A stretch of DNA of 63,958 nucleotides, the filler included, from Thelocarpon superellum (Eukaryota): NCBI GenBank assembly GCA_026025795.1. It is 15 parts of 15 records of this genome, joined end to end, with 100 filler letters (N's around TTAATTAATTAA, not from the genome) between each part and the next. Parts side by side here need not be neighbours in the genome. Positions count along the whole stretch, not along the records: positions 60,554 to 63,958 come from JAPEUG010000785.1; 14 more parts are not named here. One strand, given 5' to 3'. The position numbers and the translations under genes are program-made. The notes under the pieces are model-generated. The model was not told the DNA's origin. It made no database searches and saw only the letters and a list, made by a program, of their open reading frames with translations. Positions within the stretch are counted from its first letter, which is position 1. Each line of letters opens with the position of its first letter. This document shows, piece after piece, positions 60,454 through 63,958 of this stretch.

Positions 60454-62219
60454 NNNNNNNNNNNNNNNNNNNNNNNNNNNNNNNNNNNNNNNNNNNNTTA
60501 ATTAATTAANNNNNNNNNNNNNNNNNNNNNNNNNNNNNNNNNNNNNNNNNNNNCTCTCCAGTCCCTCGAGCCCCCACCGAACGTATCCGACCGCACGACC
60601 CATGTCCGTACCTCGCCCCCCAACTCCATTCTAGCCCTGACTCCTTCGCAATGCGTCCCATGCCACAGAGGCGTGTCTCCACTACCCACTCGGACGACGC
60701 GAGAGGCAACACGTTGCGGCACAACCAGCCAACGAGTGGCCAAGGTTACGCCCCTCTACGCCCCTCCGGCTCCTCTGCACCGCACTGGCCTCCTCCCTCG
60801 GCCATCCGTGCGGCAAAAACGTAGCGCCCTGTATGGGACTCGAACCCATAACATCCAGATTGTTCTTGAACGGAAGTTAGTCGATAGCTTCATCTGTATG
60901 TGGAGAACCTTGAGGGACTTCAAACCTCGGGAAATAAAAGTCTGGCGCTCTAGCCAATTGAGCTAACAAGGCTTTCCCGTACTGGGATAGAGAAGACGTC
61001 CTTAAAGTGGGATATACTCTAAATCAGCGTATGCTAGTTACCTCGGATGCTGAAGTGATCCTCCACTTCGAATCTGGAGACTGTCGTGACGACCAAGTTG
61101 GAAGTTTACCCCGCCTATGGTCATCTGAGGAGTACTCGTAAGCTGACGCACTCGACAAGACTTATGAGATTTTACTTAGTTGCGCTCGAAACGGATACTC
61201 GGCCTCGCTCTTTTGCTCCTGTACAGGTACACTATGGTCGAATGTTTACGAAGAATGGTACGTCAGCATCGACGCCGTAATGGAAAAAGGTGACGCTGAG
61301 TCAGTGCCCACGGCTGACATTCATCGCAATGATGTGTTTCTTCCTTACGACCACGACGTACGAGTTCCTTACACATTCAAACATACAAGATTCTCACGAG
61401 TTTTAGTCTGCATGACATGGCGGAGCATGTCTTGCAAGAAAAGTCCCGGTCGAGTAAATCGTTCTCATCTAGTAGCTAGAACAACAGAAATATGAGAGCG
61501 ATGGGTATAGTGAATGGCAAATTTGTAGATGGCAAGACATGAAAAGAGATTAAAAGAAGTAATAATGAAAATGAAGTCGAGATGCGCAAAGCAACGCTTC
61601 GGACAGGGCGAAAGATCTACTTCCCTCGGAGGCACACGTCCGGCATCGGCGGCATCGGGGGTGTCGGCGGCGTTGGCGATGGGTGGTGGTTGGGGTGGTC
61701 GTGGAGCGGTGGCGCCAGGGCCCATCAGCTGGGCGATGGCCTCGGGCCCGAAGGCCGCCACCAGGCGAGCGAGAGATTCCGCCGAGACGAGAGCGTTGGC
61801 CGCCGTGGGGGAAGTGATGAAGGCCATAGTGGTGGGAGGTGGCGATACGTATGGCGGCGGGGTAGACAGTATTTACCCATACCGCCGAGTGGAAACGGCC
61901 CTCAAGCGAAGCACTTCCAATTCGTATGAAACGGTAAAACTGTAACCTACATCGTAAGACTAGGGAAGACCTCGTGACTAGTAACCACGTTACTGTTATA
62001 GTACTAAGGAGTGCCCTGTGGATAGTGACCACATTGATAGAAATCACATTACTTCGGAGTGCTCGTTATATATCAATCGGGTAGGGCAGCTTGAGGATGC
62101 ACGTCACGTGATTTGGACCGCGGCTATCCACGGTGCCCCTCCACCGGCGAAAACGAGACCGAATGCATGTTTACATCCCCACTGTTCATGAGCGTCTGCC
62201 TCTCTTGCACACCCTCAGC

Positions 62220-63958
62220 ATGTCCGTCGTCGCTCGCCATTTCCCTCGCGCAATTCCTCGAGGCATCTGGCGGCGGTCCATTGCGCGCTCAGGTGTCGTG
62301 TGTCGCCCGCCCTCCATCTCGGCACTCACCATTTCCCCAACAACCCCCTCCTTGTCCCGAGCCCACAACTTCTCCACTGGCTCAAGCATGCATTCGTCCG
62401 CCCCGATTTCTGCCAGCCCGCGAGAATATGACCCCGAGATTCGTGACATCTCCCATTACGTCCATGAGTACTCCATCAGTTCGGACCTAGCCGTGGGTTC
62501 TCTCGACCCCACTGCAACGAGCCCTCAGGTGAACGCTGACCTCGGCAATACAGTTTGACACCGCCCGCTTTGTCTTCCTGGACACCCTTGGATGCGGATT
62601 GGAAGGTCTGCGGTTCAAGGAATGCGCCAAACTGCTCGGACCCATCGTCGAGGGCACGATGGTCCCCCACGGCACCCGGGTCCCAGGGACCTCCTACCAG
62701 CTCGATCCCGTCAATGGCGCCTTCAACATTGGCGCCATGATCCGGTGGCTCGACTACAACGACTGTTGGCTGGCGGCGGAATGGGGTCATCCGTCAGATA
62801 ATCTTGGGGGGATTCTGGCCGTGGCGGATTGGATCTCGCGCACGAACCGCGCCGGGGGTCACCTCGGTCAGGGAAAGGTCCTGACGGTCAAGGACGTGCT
62901 CGAAGCGATGATCAAGGCGCACGAGATCCAGGGATGCCTGGCGCTGGAAAACTCATATAACAAGGTGGGCCTGGACCACGTGGTGCTGGTCAAGGTGGCA
63001 ACGGCCGCGGTCATCTCCAAGATGCTTGGCTTGACCGAAGTGCAAACGGCCGATGCCGTGACGCAGGCATGGGTCGACGGACAGAGCCTGCGCACCTACC
63101 GCCATACCCCCAACACCATGTCACGGAAATCGTGGGCTGCCGGTGACGCCTGTCAGCGCGCGGTGAATCTGGTGCTCAAGGTCCAGCGGGGTGAACCAGG
63201 CGTCCCTACCGTGCTCTCCGCTCCCGTCTGGGGCTTCTACGACGTCCTCTTCAAGGGGAACAAGTTTGCGTTCCAGCGTCCGTATGGCAGCTACGTCATG
63301 GAGAATGTTCTGTTCAAGGTGTCGTATCCTGGTCAGTTTTCCCCGTCCTCGCGCTCCCGATTCCCCGGCTGACACCGTCAGCCGAATTCCACTCGCAAAC
63401 AGCCATTGAAGCGGCCAAGCGGATTCACGCGCAGTTGAAGAGCATGAACAAGTCGGCCAAGGACATTGAGGCGATCACGATCCGCACGCATGAGGCCTGC
63501 GTCCGGATCATCGACAAGCAGTTCAAAGCGATGGACAACTTCGCCGACCGTGACCACTGCATCCAGTACATGGTGGCGACGATGCTCGTCTTCAACCGAC
63601 TGGAAGCCACCGACTACACCGACGGAGGCGAGGCGGCGACGTCTCCCCTGGTCGAATCTCTCCGCAAGCGCATCGCCTGTGTCGAGGACCCCCAGTTCAC
63701 CAAAGACTACCACGATGCGTCGCTACGAACGATTCCGAACGCCCTGACCGTCACCCTCAACGACGGCACCACGCTAGAAGAGGTCGTCGTCGAAGCCCCG
63801 CTGGGCCATCGCCTCCGGCGCGAAGAAGCCAAGCCCGAGATCTTGGCCAAATACAAGCGACATCTCGCCCCGCATTTCTCGGAGAGCCGCGTCGAGGAGT
63901 TGGTGGAAATAGGCGTCGACGCCAAAAGACTGGAGGCGATGGATATCGATCGATATGT
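62220..63958 (+). CDS. PDH1: Mitochondrial 2-methylcitrate dehydratase (PrpD), truncated at window end; introns 62493-62553 and 63332-63381
   Basis: Presequence; [96 protein letters not shown]. Confidence 0.97.

Overview
This is eukaryotic DNA from a GC-rich, intron-rich filamentous ascomycete (Pezizomycotina-type genes and splice signals), not a prokaryote. The window is not contiguous: it is 15 unrelated contigs of about 4.0-4.4 kb, sorted by decreasing length and joined by 100-bp artificial linkers (N44-TTAATTAATTAA-N44), so gene neighbourhoods across linkers mean nothing. Recognisable genes: Myb-like protein, STE11 MAPKKK, HOS3 HDAC, LETM1/MDM38, a Zn2Cys6 transcription factor, RPT5, trimethyllysine dioxygenase, tRNA-Arg(CCG), a peroxisomal MaoC-type dehydratase ending in SKL, PEX14, RNase H2B, PGK1, SEM1, IML2, POB3, DPM2, CWC22, GUK1, RUD3, RPS30, a CREG-like protein, an arabinitol-dehydrogenase-like SDR, SWP1, MED1, an NDUFAF2/NDUFA12-family protein, SCP1 and 2-methylcitrate dehydratase, plus several decayed accessory genes. 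Highlights: (1) a cryptic peroxisomal PGK isoform ending in SRL, reached either through a 1-nt exon between two back-to-back introns or through a tandem acceptor; (2) an upstream in-frame AUG giving GUK1 a mitochondrial-type presequence; (3) three GC-AG introns, microexons and an intron-split start codon; (4) signs of C-to-T/CpG mutagenesis (a CpG-free tract and CGA-to-TGA pseudogenes). All gene identities come from manual translation and recalled family motifs; no database search was run.
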